A DNA stretch of 64,000 nucleotides from Candidatus Methanoperedenaceae archaeon. GTDB taxonomy: Archaea > Halobacteriota > Methanosarcinia > Methanosarcinales > Methanoperedenaceae. The notes beneath the pieces were generated by a model that was given only the letters and a program-made list of their open reading frames with translations, was not told the origin of the DNA and did no database searches. How positions within the stretch are numbered: the stretch's first letter is position 1; the number at the start of each line of letters is the position of its first letter. This document shows, one piece after another, positions 62,037-64,000 of this stretch. The position numbers and the translations under genes are program-made. Location of the stretch: assembly GCA_963753595.1 (NCBI GenBank), contig CAVWCX010000027.1, positions 42,157 through 106,156 of the forward strand, read 5' to 3'.

Positions 62037-63942
62037 TTATACGAACCTGGGCCTCACCGACAATTTCATCGCAAGCGGATGTCTCTTGAAGGGGAAACCG
62101 GATATTTCTTTTGAAATCCTTTCATTGAGTTCATTAATACTCATTTTTATATTGGCAGGCTTATTCGGCAAAGACTCACCCCTTACCGTAACAGTAATAT
62201 TCCCGCTGTTTACTTCCTCATCTCCAACCACTGCCACGTACGGTACCCACTCCTTTCCAGCATCCCTGATCTTCTTGCCAACCGTCTCTTCGCGGTCATC
62301 AATGTCAACCCTGCCTTTGAGTTCTCCCGCAACTTTTTGTGCATATTCCATGTGCTTTTCCGTAACGGGTATCACCCGCACCTGTGTGGGTGAAAGCCAT
62401 ACCGGGAACATCGGGACAATTCCTTTCTCCGAGTTCATGCTGGCTTTTTCAAGTAGCGCATAGATGCATCTTTCAATAGCTCCGCTGGGTGAGCAGTGAA
62501 GGATAAAAGGTCTTTTTTCTGCACCTGTTGAGTCAATGTACTTGATATCGTAGCGCTCTGCGTTCTCAACATCGATCTGTACGGTTGATAATGCGCTTGC
62601 CTTGTCCATGGCATCTACGTAATTGAACTCGAACTTAAGAACGAAATAGAAGAACCTCTGGTCCCAGAGTTCTATCAGGACTGGTTTATTGACTGTTTTA
62701 ACAAGCCCTACAATGAAATCCCTGTTCTGTTCATAGAAATCCCTGGTAAAGCGTATCGCTACTTCAAAATCCGAAAGATCAATGCCAACCTTTGAAAGAA
62801 CATTTATGCACATATTGTACTGTTCATTGAACTGCTCAGTTGCCTCATCCATATCCTTGCACAGCGAGTGCATATCAGGCATGGTGAACGCGCGAAGGCG
62901 GCGCAGTCCCACAAGTTCACCGCTTTGCTCTTTCCTGAAGCTGTATCGCGTGAGTTCAACCATTCTAAGAGGAAGGTTCCTGTAAGAAATGGTCATGTCG
63001 TGGTTCATAAGGAACTGCCCGAAACATGCCGCAAAACGCAGGAATAACTGCTTTTTGTCAGCTTCAATAGAATATTGGCGCGCCGGGAAGCGGTCAAGAT
63101 ATTTCTTCAATGTCGGATGGTTCATATCATACATTAAAGGCGTCTCAACTTCCATTGCACCCATTTTTGCGGTCTCTTCCAGGACGATAATTTTCAATGA
63201 GGCTCTTCATGAGCCTGCCCTTCGGATAAAAGCGCATATTGCCGGAGTCTGAGCCGGGTTCATAATCAGCAAGCTCAAGCCGTCTCATGAGTTCAACATG
63301 CGGCGGGATCCTGTCAACTGCGCGGCTCTTGTGTATCTCATAATTCACGAACTTCTTAAGATTATCATGCCCCTTAAAATCAAATTCTTCGGGTTTTAGC
63401 AATTCACCATCTGGTGTTAAAATATGCCAGTAGGACACGGCTTTTGCTTCGGATTTCAGGGCTTCGGAAACAACTTCCTGTTTCTCTGTTTCCTTTAAAA
63501 CCATAACGCATTTTTCTTCGCCGGTCCTTATTGTTCTTGAAAGTTCAGAGAGAGGATGCCCTTTGCATTTTATTGTGAAGGATTTATACCAGCCAAATGG
63601 CGCGCGCCTGACTTCAAACTGCGCTTCTTTAAGTAATTCCTCGATCTTTTTGAGTGTTTCAATGGCTGTTTTTGGCGATGAAAGGCTGGAACTAAGATGG
63701 GCATACGGGTATAGCATCACGCGATTTGTTTTTACCTGGTCAGTGACCTTTTTTATTTCAGTAACAGCCTGTGAAGCAGCATTTTCAATTTTATCTTCGT
63801 CGCTTTTCTCAACAGCAACAAAAACAGTAAGAACCTCTTCCATCCTCCCTTTCTTGAGGTCATCATCTATTTTCTCAGCAACAGGCGTGCTCTTTTTGGT
63901 TTCATATTCTATGAAATCCGAATGAATAAGTAGTATCTGCAT
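62037..63942 (-). CDS. thrS: Threonyl-tRNA synthetase (archaeal type), frameshift near 63185
   Basis: Editing domain LLIHSD..YPYAHLS..PFGWYK; [27 protein letters not shown]. Confidence 0.97.
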
Positions 63943-64000
63943 TTTATCACTTTAACGCATCTACACAGCAATTAAGCTTAAAGTTTTGTCGGTTTTTCGG

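Noticed and set aside
63145-63197. Naturally split ThrRS (separate editing and catalytic genes, as in some Crenarchaeota)
   Set aside because: The break lies within the catalytic domain and the frames rejoin with a single-base correction; most likely an indel error

Overview
Archaeal chromosomal segment of about 40% GC. Gene content and order point to Methanosarcinales, plausibly 'Ca. Methanoperedens' (inference): cofG/cofH, npdG, archaeal thrS and hmgA, the priS-GINS-L44e-S27e-aIF2a-Nop10-PAC2 superoperon, a menG/ubiE gene and an ADP-forming acetate-CoA ligase. Most of the window is housekeeping. It also holds three tRNAs (Leu-TAA, Pro-GGG, Arg-CCG), two toxin-antitoxin pairs, a type IV pilus-like ATPase/TadC pair opposite a HerA-like ATPase, and a probable nickel ECF transporter with a NikR-like operator. 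About nine genes, including essential thrS and hmgA, carry isolated frameshifts that look like long-read indel errors, whereas the acetate-CoA ligase appears truly decayed. The most unusual signal is intergenic: several families of short palindromic elements whose arms are built from ~9-bp tandem units. They recur at 6.0, 17.3, 25.0, 46.9, 50.4 and 60.1 kb, nest inside each other (one family sits twice in the right arm of another) and one abuts a collapsed GxxExxY nuclease-family gene, suggesting a poorly described GxxExxY-linked mobile system. Also notable: a collapsed type I R-M locus whose duplicated hsdS 3' ends bracket a HEPN/MNT pair, an HTH insertion in PriS, 30-bp coding repeats in GINS, and an atypical stand-alone diadenylate cyclase. 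All family assignments come from motif recognition by eye; no database searches were run.
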